Shown here: piece by piece, positions 45,491 to 58,323 of the stretch
How positions within the stretch are numbered: the first letter of the stretch is position 1
Layout of the letters: every line of letters starts with the position of its first letter
From: Lama guanicoe
Taxonomy: Eukaryota
Direction: 5' to 3'
Length of the DNA stretch: 64,000 bases
NCBI GenBank assembly: GCA_013239625.1
Contig: MU053934.1
Location: forward strand, 6,094,399 to 6,158,398
Position numbers and translations under genes: made by a program
Notes under the pieces: model-generated
The model's database searches: none
What the model was told of the DNA's origin: nothing
The model's input: the letters and a program-made list of their open reading frames with translations, nothing else

Positions 45491-48400
45491 CGCGACTCTC
45501 AGGGTTCCAGAGCATTGAAGGGCTAAAAATATAACTGGTATGTTAGCAACAGCCTTCCCATTGGCCGGGTACGGGGAGGAGAGGCACCTGATTGGGTGTT
45601 CGATCCTACCGCTAGGAGACTGGGAAAGGGGGCTGAGAACCAAGAAGCTGGGAGAGTGCGTTTGCGCAGTGGGGCATTGCAAGGGATGCTGGTATTTATA
45701 GTTATTTATTAGAGGCAGCCATGGAAATAAACGAGTTTGAATCCCAGTTCCGCCACCAACCGTTATCTTGACTTAATGGCAACAAACCTCTCTACATCAT
45801 CGAACGTATTTTCTCATCCTTAAAATGGAGATCGTATGGGAATTAAATATGATACTGTATGTAAAGCGTGGCTCAAATAGTTGCTATTTTTAATTTAAAG
45901 GTAACTGTTTTGGCCAAATTGCACCCTACATGTACTGTGCTCAGTTAGTGTGTATTCCCCAGTAGGAATCCTTCCAAGACAGAATGAGAAAGATGAGGAT
46001 CAGATGAAACGAATTCTTCTAGGGTATCACAGGAAGGAGGGATGGAGCCCAAGTAAGCAGATAAAGGGTAGACGTCTCCTACCATTCATTGCAGGCTGAG
46101 AGAGGGCAGACTGAATCCCTAGAAGGAAGCATTGAATTCTACGTGCTCCTGCATTTATTCGAATTTCTGCAGTGCTGGGAACACACCAGCCTTGAGCAAT
46201 ATCATTGAAACGAAACTGAGAAATCCAGCCTCCTTGGCAAATGAGAGCCTTGGGTAAAGGGTTAGTGTATAAATTGGGAGACAAATAGAGGGAAAAACGG
46301 TAATCACCATTCTTAACTGCTGATGTCTCCATTTATCATGCGGTAAGGTGAACGTTCTCTCTTCCCTAACGCGTGATTTCATCTTACTAGGGCTTAATTG
46401 TGAGCTGAATTCCTACTTAAGCATTCGAGTCCCCTCCCATTTTAAATAATCACACCTTGAAAGGCACATACTGTTTTCAAAGTGGTGAGCTCTAGAAGTA
46501 AGCATGTGCACAGCCGGGAGGGTGGAGGCAACTCCCTTGTCTGAGAGTAAGCTTGTTGTGCCGGATGTTTTGTTGTGACAAGTCGGGCTGGTCATAATTA
46601 GCCCTAATTTACTCTTGGGGGGTGAGTCACTCTCTCATGCACACGTTAGGGTGAAAATTTTTGTAGTTTCTCTTAAGTTACCCAAGAAAATATTTCCTCA
46701 ATTTGATTCTTCAGATCCACTGTGCCAACTAGGCAGGAGCAAAGACAGCCACAACAGAAATTGGCTTTGGAGAGGAGTGATTGGATGCTGAGGGCAAATG
46801 ATTTGCTATTTATTGACCTCGACTGCTGTGAGTGAATTCTAGTAAACAAGGTGAGTGAACAAACCTCTCTTTCGAAGAGACGCTAAAACTGCAGTGTTCA
46901 AAGAAAGTGACATTTTAGTCTTGGTGGCAGGGAGGCCACTTTGGGATAAAGTTGATAAGGAACTGAATGACTGGGAAAAGATGGAAACTGGAGTCTTTTT
47001 TTTTTTTTTAAGAAGGAAAATTCCAACAAAGGCAAAGAATCTGTCACCTTTATGTCCTAGCTTAAAATTGTTAAAGAGCTTTTCAGGTCAGAATATACAA
47101 TCTCTCTGAAATGTAGTCAGTTCAGTTTGATTTCCTGGGAAGTTAATTTTCTTAATTTAGAAGCTGCTAATTGGCAGGCCACATTTGGTGGATGTATTGC
47201 TTTAGCATATACTGACATATTAACATTTTAAAAATGAGTTGAACACTTAAAAATCGGGAGATTGCAGAAAAATATTTTAATTTACCACTTGTCCTAAATT
47301 CAGATCTGGTAACACTGGGCATTCAAGCTGGCAATTGTCTGGAGTTGAATAGCAACTGTATCCTTTAGACAGAGCCTGTGCACTCTGGTTCCAAGGTCTC
47401 TACCACTCCCTATTGTTCCCCAGACACTGAGGCTGAAGGCCACATACCATTTATTATCATGTTTGGGCTGTTCTTACATGCCTCCCTTTCAGTCACATAC
47501 ATTACTCACCCAGACTCCTGAATTTGTGAACCTCTTTTCAGTTCAATGTAGTAAGTGTTTTGAGTGGCTATTGTGTGCCCTGCAGTGAAGGGAAAGGTAA
47601 AAGGAGCTCAAGAATCTTATAATTTAGTTCATTGTTTTTAAACTTGGAGTCATGATCCATTAATGTGGCCATAAAATCACCTGGTTTAATGGATTACAGC
47701 CATAAATTTTTAGAACAGAAAATATTGAAAATACTGGAAAATAACTGTACATACAGTAAATACTGTTTTGTGAAACTTTAGTTTCTGTTACACATATGTA
47801 TCAAGCATGAAAGTAGTCCAAGTGAGATTGTTGTGGGGTATGGTGCATCTGGAAGCATTCATGAGATGTCAGGAGCTTAGAAGGAAAAGGTACAGAGTTG
47901 GCTGTCTGATGTGAAGATGGAATGGTATTTCAAACAAAGGAAACATAGGGCCAAGAAGATGGGGTGTGTGTACTTTGAACTGCGTGGTGAAGAGCAGAGA
48001 AAGAAGTGAGTACAGGGAAACCTGAGGGGCAGGGAAAAGAGGAAACCATATGGAGACCTTCAATGCTAGGACTTAAACGTTTGTTTATGAAGTAGGGACC
48101 CACTGTAAAAGAACTATCATTTGTGATGTAAAGCCTTTCCAGGGAGGGCCAGCCACTTACAAGGTCAAATTTAATTCTTACAACCCAAAGAAGTAGACAT
48201 AAATAAATATCCTTATTTAATAGATTAGAAAAAAGAAGCACCAAGAGCCTCACTAAAGATCAATAGCAGAGCAGAATTCAAATACAAGACTAACTATGAA
48301 GCCCACACATTTCTCATTAAACTTTTTTTTTGAGCAAGAGCCCATGTAATAAATACAATGTTTAAAGGAGATTAAATTTCTGTATGTTATTCAGAGTACT

Positions 48401-49995
48401 TGAGAAGCTGGAAGCAAGACACCCAACCTTTTTAGATCCTAGAAGGAATGTATCAAACACTGAATACTTAATAAATATTAATAATCATAAACCCAGGAAA
48501 GGGAACCACCTTCTTAGCCTATGATGAGTTCAATTATTTCAGCTAGGCCTGTGTGACAGGTAGTGCTTATTTCAACAGTAGAGAAAAACAGTAATTTTTA
48601 AGATCATTCTGATTTTTTTTGTGGCCATATGCAGATGGTGAGATCATTATCTTAATTCTTTTCACAGAACTATATACTATTAGAGGCTAAAATTCAGCTT
48701 ATAAGTGATGTTTTCCCAACAGAATTTGGTACTATCATTATTCTAATTTTTAAAACTGAAAAGGACTTATTCTAAAGTCCAAGGTAGACAATACTAAAGA
48801 TTTGAACTGGAAATCCATTTACTTTATCTAAGGTGTTCTTAACTCATTCATTGTATTATATCATTCTCTTTGCCTCTGAAAGCAAACAAACCAAGAATGG
48901 AATCATGAAACTAGGTGTCAGAGGAAAGTTCAGCAGAATTCACTGGGCTGAGGTTGAACTTGCCCCATGGCTGATCTGTCTGGAAGTCCTGTTAGGCATT
49001 AATTTTAAGCTCCCTTGGATGACCTTTTAGAGGCATATACACTGAGGCTCACAGAACACTGTTAAGGTGGTGGTTTGCTGAAACTAAGGAGTTCACTTTT
49101 GAAACATTTGTAGACATAAGATGTTATGTGGACCAGGGTGGTTAATAAGCAAATCTTAAAAATTGATTTGTGCAGCAAAGCATTTTGACTTATATTACAC
49201 AGTAAAACTAAAGTTACTATTAAGTCAATGACAGATTCTGATTATAACCTGAAAATTATCTGGTCACTGCCAACTTTTATGATATACCATAACCCGTACC
49301 TGATACTTTAGAACTGCTCAGAGGTCCCTAAACACATCACCCCATTCAAACTGTTTCCCCAACACAAATTTCCTTTTCTGCCTACCCTATCCTCTTTGCC
49401 TGTAGGTTCCGGCATATTCTTTAAAGCTCAGTTTATTGTCTCGTTTCTAAGACTTCAATTATTCATTCAGTACTGAGCACCTGTTATCTGCTGGGCAGAA
49501 CAGACTTGTTTCCTGCCATCATGGAACACAGCCTAGCAGATGACAAGTCAATAATTACCAAATGCTATAAAAGAAATGCTCATGGTGCTATGTGGGAGTA
49601 TAACAAGAGGAACGTAGACTGGGGGTCAGGAGAGGCATCTTTAAAGAAATACTTAGCTAAGGTCTGAAGGATGAGCAGGGGTTAGCTAAACAAAAGGGGA
49701 GCAGAGCTTTCGAGGTTAAAAAAAGTTAAAAAATCTCCCCTTGCCTTAATATTAGTATGCACTTTATGAAACAAATCAACCAAGTTCAGTTCTCATTTGA
49801 ATACATTTTGCATCATTTTCCTTCACCATTATTGGAAGCCACCTCTTCAGTTCAAAATTAAAGCTGGACAGGAAGGAAAAAACAGCAAGTTTCTAAAAAG
49901 GACTTTGGTTTACCTAGCATAAAAGGCACATGTGGTTTTGAATTCCTTCCAGTAGTAATAAGAGAACAGCATGGTTAATAAATCCCAATACCTCT

Positions 49996-50111
49996 GGTGG
50001 GAAAGAGTATGGCCCAGTGGTAGAGCACGTGCCTAACATGCACACGGTCCTGGGTTCAATCCCCAGTACCTCCATTAAAAACTAAACCTACCTACCTCCC
50101 CTGCCAAAACG
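49996..50111 (+). mobile_element. tRNA-derived SINE (Vic-1-like)
   Basis: Perfect 15-bp TSD aatcccaatacctct at 49981-49995 and 50112-50126. A-box and B-box-like motifs (cagtggtagag, gggttcaatccc). Confidence 0.9.
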
Positions 50112-50199
50112 AATCCCAATACCTCTACTTTGAATCACAAATTCCTGGGTGACTAAAATAAACTCCTAGAGTTAAACTTACATTGGGACAGGACCAACT

Positions 50200-50742
50200 A
50201 CCAGAAAACAAACACTTACTTTATTGATACAATAGCAACAGAAAAGGTTTTCAATTACATAGAAGAAAAAACATGAACCAGCACCACCCGGCGTTACAAG
50301 ATGAAATGCCCATGTTTATTGCTCTGAGACCCCCACCACTCTGCGGATGTTTCATCAAGGACAGCTGCCATCAGGGCGCTGCAGGGACATGCTTCTTGCT
50401 GCAGACAGCTTCACAGCTCCTCACACAGAAGACTGCAGTGGTATTAGTCCTGTTTGGAAGCTTCTCCATGTGGATTAACATGGCCTTGCTTCTTGAATTT
50501 AAGAAACACCATGAACTAATCTATCAATTTTTCTGATTCAGTCTGCCACAGTGCTCTGTGAAGAATCTTTTTCCCACTCCTACCACATCTGGGTTAGAGG
50601 AGAGGGAAGGGTGGTAAGGTGACAGAGTACTAATAGGCAATTCAGGTGATGCTCGGTGCTCCACTCCCCTTCTGCTGGCAGTAGTAGGCATCTTTTCTGG
50701 CAGCTGCAGCAGCTTGACGGGGAGGAAGAGGCAGCCCACCAA
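50200..50742 (-). other. PHF5A: PHF5A 3' UTR with two AATAAA signals
   Basis: AATAAA on the minus strand at 50315-50320 and 50220-50225. Confidence 0.75.
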
Positions 50743-50832
50743 TCACCTCTTCTTGAAGCCGTATTTTTTGCGTTCATAGAAGAGATCTGTCTTAGAGCTC
50801 CCCAAATTGACAATCTTTGGGCAACCATCTCT
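50743..50832 (-). CDS. PHF5A: PHF5A coding exon 4. Joined CDS is 333 nt, 110 aa.
   Basis: ttttccag|[38 protein letters not shown]. Exon sum 52+24+167+90=333. Confidence 0.97.
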
Positions 50833-52378
50833 CTGGAAAACAGAATAGTGAAGCTATTAAAAGTCTCTGAGCCTGAATTGAGAGGGATTTAAGAGTTGTT
50901 TTAAAAAAATAACTTCTGGATTAACGGTTTAGCCATTCATCTTAGCCGTTCAGTTACTGTATTCAATCAATCAGGAATTGACTAAGTACCTAGAATGTGC
51001 CCAGGGCCTGTCCAGAGGTCTACACTGAGAATGCTGGATTCTTAGCTCACTTCTGTTGCTAATATGATACAGCTGAGGTAGAATCTAAAACTCTTTAAAG
51101 ATGTCCCAAGGGTTTTCTCCAAAGAAGAGGTAAGAAGTGGTAATAATCACCTACAGGTTAAGCTTTCTAGCTCTTTCACTATCCCAAGAAAGAAAACACT
51201 AAAGACTTTAGGAAATAGTACCTTACATTTTAAATACCATAGGAGAATACTGGGTTTGAGTGTCTTAGTAACTCACTTAATTTGACATGTGGGCTTGGGA
51301 GAAGAGTGCTCCCATGCTGGAGGTGGCTGTTGACAGCGCAGTGGTAGAGCACATACCTACACTCTGATCTGTAGTGACATGTTCCCCTGGCCATTTTGTG
51401 AGCATGAGTGGTTTCAGTGAAGCCCCTGGGAAGCTGTGTGCTGCAGGAATGATGACTCCATCGGTTGATCTGGTATGATGGGAAGAAAACTAGGGGAGCT
51501 ACTACTGGGAGAAACCTTGCCAGATCGTATTTGCTTCCTGTGATATGGGCTATAGAATGAATGAATGAATGAAGTCCTTAGAAAGCTTATTTTTTAATTC
51601 AGCTGATTTCTCTCTCTGGGGACTGATATCAACACTACAAAAATCTCTGAAAACACACAAAAGCCAACAATATTTCATTATTTTCTAGAAAACATGCACC
51701 ATGTACTACACCACCTGTGGAATTTGGTCTGCCAAGGGAGCCAGGCTGTGGGTCCAGCCCCACCAATGGTTTGCTAGGTGAACTCAAGTAAGCCATGCAA
51801 TCTGTACTGAAAATCCTGGTACAATCTGGGAACAGTTGTGTCTCCTGGCCCAAGGTAGCCTGCTATTAAACAAGACAGTGCTCTATGCCCTTTTAGGGAT
51901 GCTATGAAATTTTATAGTATGATGACAGCCTGTTTAGGCTTATTATATGCCTTACTGACTTGTGCAACTGTTGGCAACCCACTTCTCTCTGGATTCGTAT
52001 CCTCCAACTGTAAAATAAGGGGACTGGATCAGGTCAGTGTTTACAAACTGTATTTGTAGAGCCCAAGAGGGTCCAGAGAGGTGGCAGGTGACGTGATAGG
52101 ATTCACCCCTCAATCTGTGCACACTCTGGAGGTAGGCCGTCTGGATTCTGAGAAATTATTAACCTCCTTGTATCTTTTTCTAGTCACATATAAAATTACT
52201 ACAATGGTAGAACCTACCTTACAGAATTAGGAGTCAATAAATAAACATACTTAGAGCAATGCCTGGCATATAGCCAGCACTTAACAAATTATAATTGCCA
52301 AAAATTAGTATCAGCAATTTCATAATGATTCAACCTAACACACAGACACACAAAGAGCTTCTGTGTAAGATACTTTTT

Positions 52379-52470
52379 AATTTTTTTTAAATAATGGAAG
52401 TACTGGGGATTGAAACTGGGACCACATACATGCTAAGTGTGCACTCTTAACACTGAGCTACATCCTCCCC
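52379..52470 (-). mobile_element. tRNA-derived SINE (Vic-1-like)
   Basis: TSD ctgtgtaagatacttttt at 52361-52378 and 52471-52488. Confidence 0.88.
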
Positions 52471-55325
52471 CTGTGTAAGATACTTTTTGAAGACACAACT
52501 CTACATATTAAAAAAAAAAAAAGTTGAAAGAAAAAATTGGAAAACCAAAGTAGTGGATTATTAGCTCTAAGGCTTTTGTCGCATTTTCTCTCACTGACTT
52601 TTAAGTTTCCTGTTTTCTTGCCTAAACTCCCATTTTTTATTTTCTACATATCTCCCATGGGTCACATGGTTGTTCCCAAATTCTACCAATGCTGTGGGAA
52701 GTGAGGATCTGTGTACTGGGACTGGTTGGCTTTTGTTGAATATGCCTGTAAATGGAAAGCATGAAAGGAAGATGGAAGGATTGTTAAGAAAACTTGAAGG
52801 CTGGTACTGGAGAATATTTGTGAGTTAAGAGTATGTATAAAAACACCTGCAGATGTCTGCCTGATGGTAGTAGCTCTTTTAGCAACTGTATGCCTAAATA
52901 CTAAAAATTTCATCCTTTTCCAGTCCTCCCAGAGAACAACAGATTTCCCCTTTCCTAGCACAGGGAGCTTTTATTTTAGACAACTATGGCTTGAATTGAA
53001 TGTCCATGTTTTATAGCCACTTAATTTCTAAAATTTCAGGAAATAGTAGACATTAGAATGCCAAGTGCTTGTTTTTAATACACTAAACATGTCCATGAAA
53101 ACACTCTCAGGAGAAGCCTAAGCTGGGATCCTGTAGCAACCACCAAGAACTCATTGAGTACGGGTTTTCTTCCTGACTGAGGAGGGCTGTGTGTCAAGTC
53201 CATTTCTATGGCACAAAAAAAGCAGGCTACAAAAATTAACCCTGGATGAGTGAAGAAAATCCAGGATTTTCAAGTAATACTTTAAAACCAACACTAATCA
53301 TGTATCAAAATATAACATACCAAAAGGAAATCTGTACAGAGCCAGAATGCAAGAAAAAGCAATTTAAAAATCTTGATATCAGAAAAACTTATTACCAAAA
53401 ATGGGCCCACATCTCCATTCCTTACAAATGGTAGCAAAGAATTATGAACAGGTGCCAGTGGCAAGACCTGCTTTATTAACAGAAACTAGGTAAAACATTG
53501 TTCATTCTTTCAGCAGCTGTTTAATGAATACCTACAATGTAAAAATATGACTGTACACTGGTTTGGGGCCTTACAAGAGTATCACATTTTCTACCTGAAA
53601 CCTTATTTTTAAAGACCTTCAAGCTCTCAGTAAATGCATCCATGAGGTAACATGGATTATTACTTCCTTTTTGTGGAGATTTCCCCAAAGCCACACACAG
53701 GATGTTAGTAGCAAAGCCAAGACCCGAACTTGGGCTTTCTGCCCCTCAGTCTGCTGTTTTTTCTAACAGGGCTCCCCAGAGGCGAGAATGAAAACTTCCA
53801 TGGCTTAGGAAGTTATAGAGAATGGTAAATTTGTAAATTAACTTTGAAAAGTATAGAATATCTTTTGCATGTTTACCTAACTGCTCTGCTGTTCACTTAA
53901 ATGGGGAGAAGAGAATGGTAGAAGTAGCAAGAGAGAGAGGCATATCTTTAAGCACTCTGAGCAAAGCAACACAGTAAAGAGGCTGGAGTAAGTGCTTTGA
54001 GTGAGACCCTGCATCCTCAAAAGGGATGCAAACATCTTGAATATTACAGTGGTTTGTGATCTGAAGCTCATCCTTAACCAACAAAATTTTATTCCTTAGT
54101 ATTTAATTCCTCTTATTAAGAAAATAGATTTTTAATTTTTCTCCTTAGGGGGGACAAAAATGAAATAGGAAAAAAAGAAGAGAAAAGAAAAGGTTGAGAA
54201 ACAATGATTTAGGCAGACCTGGGTTCTAGTCCCGTATCTGCCACTCATTACCGTGTGACCTTGGGCTAAATTGCATAACACCTTTAAGCCTTCGTTTCCT
54301 CATCTGTTTCATATAGAACTTTCAGAAAAGAATGTTCTGCACAGTACATGACACATAGCAAGAGTTCTAAAAATATTAGCGGCTATTTTTCTCGTTGGGA
54401 GAGTTGACAGAAATGGTTAAGTAAATGGAGTCAAGGGTTAAGGGGGATCAATGATGCCACTTTGTAAGATAACTACAAACTGGTACTCTGGCAGCAACAC
54501 CCACAGATATTATCCCTGACTCCTGAATATTCTCGAGGCTTTGAAAAACCTATAGAGAATACTCAGTTTAGTTGACTGGCCTAATTCCCTTATAAATCAT
54601 GGAAGTTGCAGGAACAGAACCAGTAACGGGGGCTGCTTTGGTTGCAGGAAGACTTCTGCATAGGAAAGTCTTGGGTACTTAATCTACATGATGATCTGTA
54701 ATGCTGAGAGGCTGGATCATGTCACTGGACTGTTTTGTGTTCCTTGGAAACCACTGCTGAGTAAATGTGAGCTAGATGCCATCTCAAATATCCTCAGAAC
54801 ATTCCTGTACAATGTGAAGTAGGGGAAGTGATATTGAGAATAATTCTCAGGGACAGAATGAGGCACAAGGATCCAAAGGTATCAGGTCACACACTGCATG
54901 CAGACGAGTCAGACAGCAATTAACATTTATTAGGCACTCTCTAGTTGCAAGCTTATGCCAGATAAGAACTCTAGCTACAACCATGTAAAAGTTCAAGAAA
55001 ATGTCCTTAATGAACTCTTCAGCTAGTTTAAGAATTATTGGTACTTTCTCTTCACTGCTGTTGTCTCACTATGGCATGTAGACTATAAATAATTACCAAA
55101 CACATACCATGTACCAGACATTCTATAGGGGGAACTCCTATGGATGACTTACAGGGGTAGCAGAAAAATGTGGACCATACTTACAGTACATGCCAGGCAC
55201 TGTACCAAGAACTGGGGAAAAGGAGAGAGAAATATACAAACCAAGGTCCTCTCTCTAGAGGGAACGTAACAAAGCTGGTGGATCAGATCAAGCAGGATAT
55301 GATTTGACAGTCAAAGATAAATACA

Positions 55326-55459
55326 GGGGAGAGGGTGTAGCTTAAGAGGTAGAGCACATGCTTAGCATGCATGAGGTCCTGGGTTCAATCCCTACTACCT
55401 CCTCTAGGAATAAATAAATACTAAATAAACCTAATTACCTCTCCCCACCAAAAAATAAC
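55326..55459 (+). mobile_element. tRNA-derived SINE (Vic-1-like)
   Basis: ggggagagggtgtagcttaagaggtagagcacatgcttagcatgcatgaggtcctgggttcaatccc...aaacctaattacc. TSD approximately aagataaata. Confidence 0.88.
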
Positions 55460-56577
55460 AAGATAAATATAAATCAGAGCTTAGGACAAGAGAATGTTCC
55501 TTGGCACTTTATGACCTTTCTCATCTCCTTAAATAAGAGAACACTTATGGTGTAAGAAACAGTTTTCTCTTGTCTAGTATGTCCCTCTTCTTAGAGGTAG
55601 ACAGGATCCAAGGGCAGAGATGGCTGAGTTGTTTCTCCTCAACATGGGAACATCCTACCAAAAAGACTTATGAAAGGACAACATGGTGTAATGGAGACAT
55701 CACTAGGTTTAGTCAGACCTCCTAGGCTTGCCACTGATTGCTGGCTGAGGGACTATAAAATGGGGGTAATGATAACCCCTACTTAACAAAGTTATTGTGA
55801 AGAATAAGGGAGATAATATCTATAATTAAACTACCTACTCTTTGCACAAGGGAGTATTAAAGTTATTTATCTTTTGCCTTTTCCTAGATTAGGTAACCAG
55901 ATACCTTTCATTAGTGCATTGGTACTATATCACACTTCCTTTTATTGTGTCATAAGAAGTATAAAAGCTGATTCCTGGGTTTTTTCCCCTCAAGAAGCCT
56001 GCTTTTGGTATAGATCTAGACACCCTCTATCCTGGCATCTGGCTCAAGGAGTTGAATAACTAGCCACTGCCATCACACAATGTAAAGGGGGAAAAAATAT
56101 CATGAGCAGAATTGCAATCGATTTTGCAAAAATCAAATCAAAGGCATTCTCTAGCCACTTAGAGCTGAAATCAACTTGAATTGTCTCATATTGAAGTCAC
56201 CACATCCACCCAAACAGTTCCTTATGATAGTAAGGAGAATTACTGAGTGGCTATTACACAGTATGCACTGTCCTAGAACTTAAAAACGCAGGATATTGTT
56301 TCTGAATAAAAATAACGAGCGAGACATCAAAGGAAGAGAGGGCTTTCCAAATTGCCGCTGTTGACAAAAATTTCCTTCTCTTGCATTTTTGTCCTTGATG
56401 CAAAATAACTGCCTTTTGTTGGACTACACCCAGTTTGGCTCACAGAACTTCAAGAAATTATAACCTACGTGAGGAGCTGAACATACTTATCCTCACAGAC
56501 CACAGGCATTTGCTGTGGATGGCAAAGTATTACTAAATAAAAGGAAAGATGAGATAAAAAGCTTAGTATACACTCAC

Positions 56578-56744
56578 ATCCTTCTCCTGTATGGTGCACT
56601 CCTTACAATAATAGGCATCCGAAACTCCGGGGCCTCCACAGATCACACAGCGCCCCTGGTAAGAGCCGTAATTACACTCATCACATATGCGCACCAGCGT
56701 GCAGGGACGCACGTAGGAGTCACAGATCACACACTTGCCATCAC
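56578..56744 (-). CDS. PHF5A: PHF5A coding exon 3
   Basis: tcacag|GTGATGGC ... AAGGAT|gtgagt. [56 protein letters not shown]. 167 nt. Confidence 0.97.
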
Positions 56745-57249
56745 CTGTGAGGAAAAGAGAATGGAATTACGCCCACTTGCAGGTACCTCAGATCCTTTGC
56801 CCTCCTCCTGCTATGTGGAAATACACTAGTTTCCTTCTAACAGTGACTTTGGGGCCCTTTACATTGGCTTCACAAAACTTGGCTTACCAAGTTCATCTTA
56901 ATCTCCCGAACACATAGGAAACGTTAATCAACTAACAGGGAAAGAGCTTAGACTAGCACCTCGTACTTAAGCCTATATAATTGGCAGAACATTGTGTGTG
57001 CTGGGAACGGGGTCATGTTACTTCTGGTCCAAAGCTAGAGATTTTCTCAAAACCTAGACAGTGTCTGAAATGTGGAAGTTGGCATGGGGAGATGGCCTTT
57101 AGTTGCAGCCTGGCATTCAGTGTTCACATGCTTCCAGTCACATCTACTTAAAGCCGTCTTAGTGGCACCGCTGGAAATGCCTGTTTGCCGGCTCCACATA
57201 AATTGTGAGTGGGAGGGGTGGGCTGTTTGGGGAGGCGTGTTCCACTCAC

Positions 57250-57273
57250 ATTTTTCACACAGTCTTCCAATGG
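57250..57273 (-). CDS. PHF5A: PHF5A coding exon 2 (24-nt micro-exon)
   Basis: ttgcag|CCATTGGAAGACTGTGTGAAAAAT|gtgagt. AIGRLCEK. Confidence 0.95.
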
Positions 57274-57693
57274 CTGCAAGGTAAAAAACGGTAAAGAAAA
57301 CAATTAGAATTAAGAAAGGGAAACATCCTCGAGCCTGAGGTAGGGACAGGAGCACTGAGAGCCTGCAGTGAGTCCCGAGGAGGTCTTATCCATCTTACCC
57401 TCATAAACTTCGATCCGAACCAAATCCACACCCTCCTGAAGCCCCTCCCAGGTCCCGGGCAAACCGAATTTCTACGCATTCCATCCCGGCAGCCCGCCTC
57501 CGGCTCCCAGCACGCGCACCCCCGCTCTCTTTTCACCAGAGACCACAAACCCGCGCGCTCCTACACTACCGACTGTGAGGCGGGAAATATGGCGCCTCCG
57601 AGGCAAGACCCTAAGGAAGTGATGGGAACTTCGGACTCCTCAGGTCCTAATAGCATCCCGACCCAGACAACGGGGGGCAGGAAGCTGTCTCAC

Positions 57694-57745
57694 CAACACC
57701 AGCCTGCTTGCGGCAAAAGATCAAGTCCGGATGATGTTTAGCCAT
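57694..57745 (-). CDS. PHF5A: PHF5A (PHD finger-like 5A, SF3b subunit) coding exon 1
   Basis: ATG at 57745, [17 protein letters not shown]. Donor TTG|gtgaga. 52 nt. Confidence 0.96.
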
Positions 57746-58260
57746 AGCTCCACTCAAGCCAACGGAAGCCTAGGAAACTTCCGTCCGACCTTTAACCGCT
57801 ATTGTTCCTGCCTCCTGGTCGCCGTGATTGGTCCTCTAGGCTTCCATCAACGATTATAATCTTTGCACGAAGCGTCCCCCCCGTTCTCGCGAGATCAAAA
57901 CCCCTAAATTCCGAATACGCGTTTCCGTCGAAACTGGGGAGCCAGGTCCTGGCAGGTGAGTAAGAGTAATTAAAAAAAAACCCAAACAAGCTTTCCTAGA
58001 TTTGGGTGGAAGAGACAAGTTGCAAAGAGCAAAGGTGAAATTTGCACTTAGATAAGCCATTTTTGTGCCCGATATTTACTTCCGAAAGTGTTTTTATGCA
58101 GCTCTCCCCCATGCGGGTTCGTAACACGGGAGCTCCGCCCACTGCGTTCGCAGGGTTCCGGCGCCTCTGCGGAGGGCCGCCTTCTCGGTGACGCATTTCT
58201 CTCCAGGCCACGCCCCCTTCCAGAAGGCTTTAAATATGCCGTTTGTAACGTCACTTTCAA
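57746..58260. promoter_or_regulatory. PHF5A/ACO2 bidirectional promoter (CpG island about 57370-58700)
   Basis: Divergent ATGs at 57745 and 58288. TCTCGCGAGA palindrome at 57885-57894. ETS CGGAAG/CTTCCG near 57763, 57778 and 58079. YY1-type GCCATTTT at 58056-58063. Confidence 0.9.
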
Positions 58261-58294
58261 GCGACTTCATCTTTGTCAGTGCACAAAATGGCGC
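58261..58294 (+). promoter_or_regulatory. ACO2: Iron-responsive element (IRE) in the ACO2 5' UTR, overlapping the start codon
   Basis: CAT - C bulge (58271) - TTTGT - CAGTGC loop (58277-58282) - ACAAA - ATG. Canonical IRE geometry. Confidence 0.95.
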
Positions 58295-58323
58295 CTTACA
58301 GCCTACTGGTGACCCGACTGCAG
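58288..58323 (+). CDS. ACO2: ACO2 (mitochondrial aconitase) coding exon 1; gene continues beyond the window
   Basis: MAPYSLLVTRLQ followed by donor CAG|gtgagc. IRE present. Head-to-head with PHF5A. Confidence 0.93.

Noticed and set aside
49996..50070. tRNA-like sequences here and at the other SINE heads
   Set aside because: They have TSDs, A-rich tails and broken cloverleaf pairing, so they are SINEs and not tRNA genes.
51449..51610. Possible C/D snoRNA (ATGATGA at about 51449, CTGA at about 51603)
   Set aside because: On the strand opposite to the host gene PHF5A, with no terminal stem or recognisable guide.
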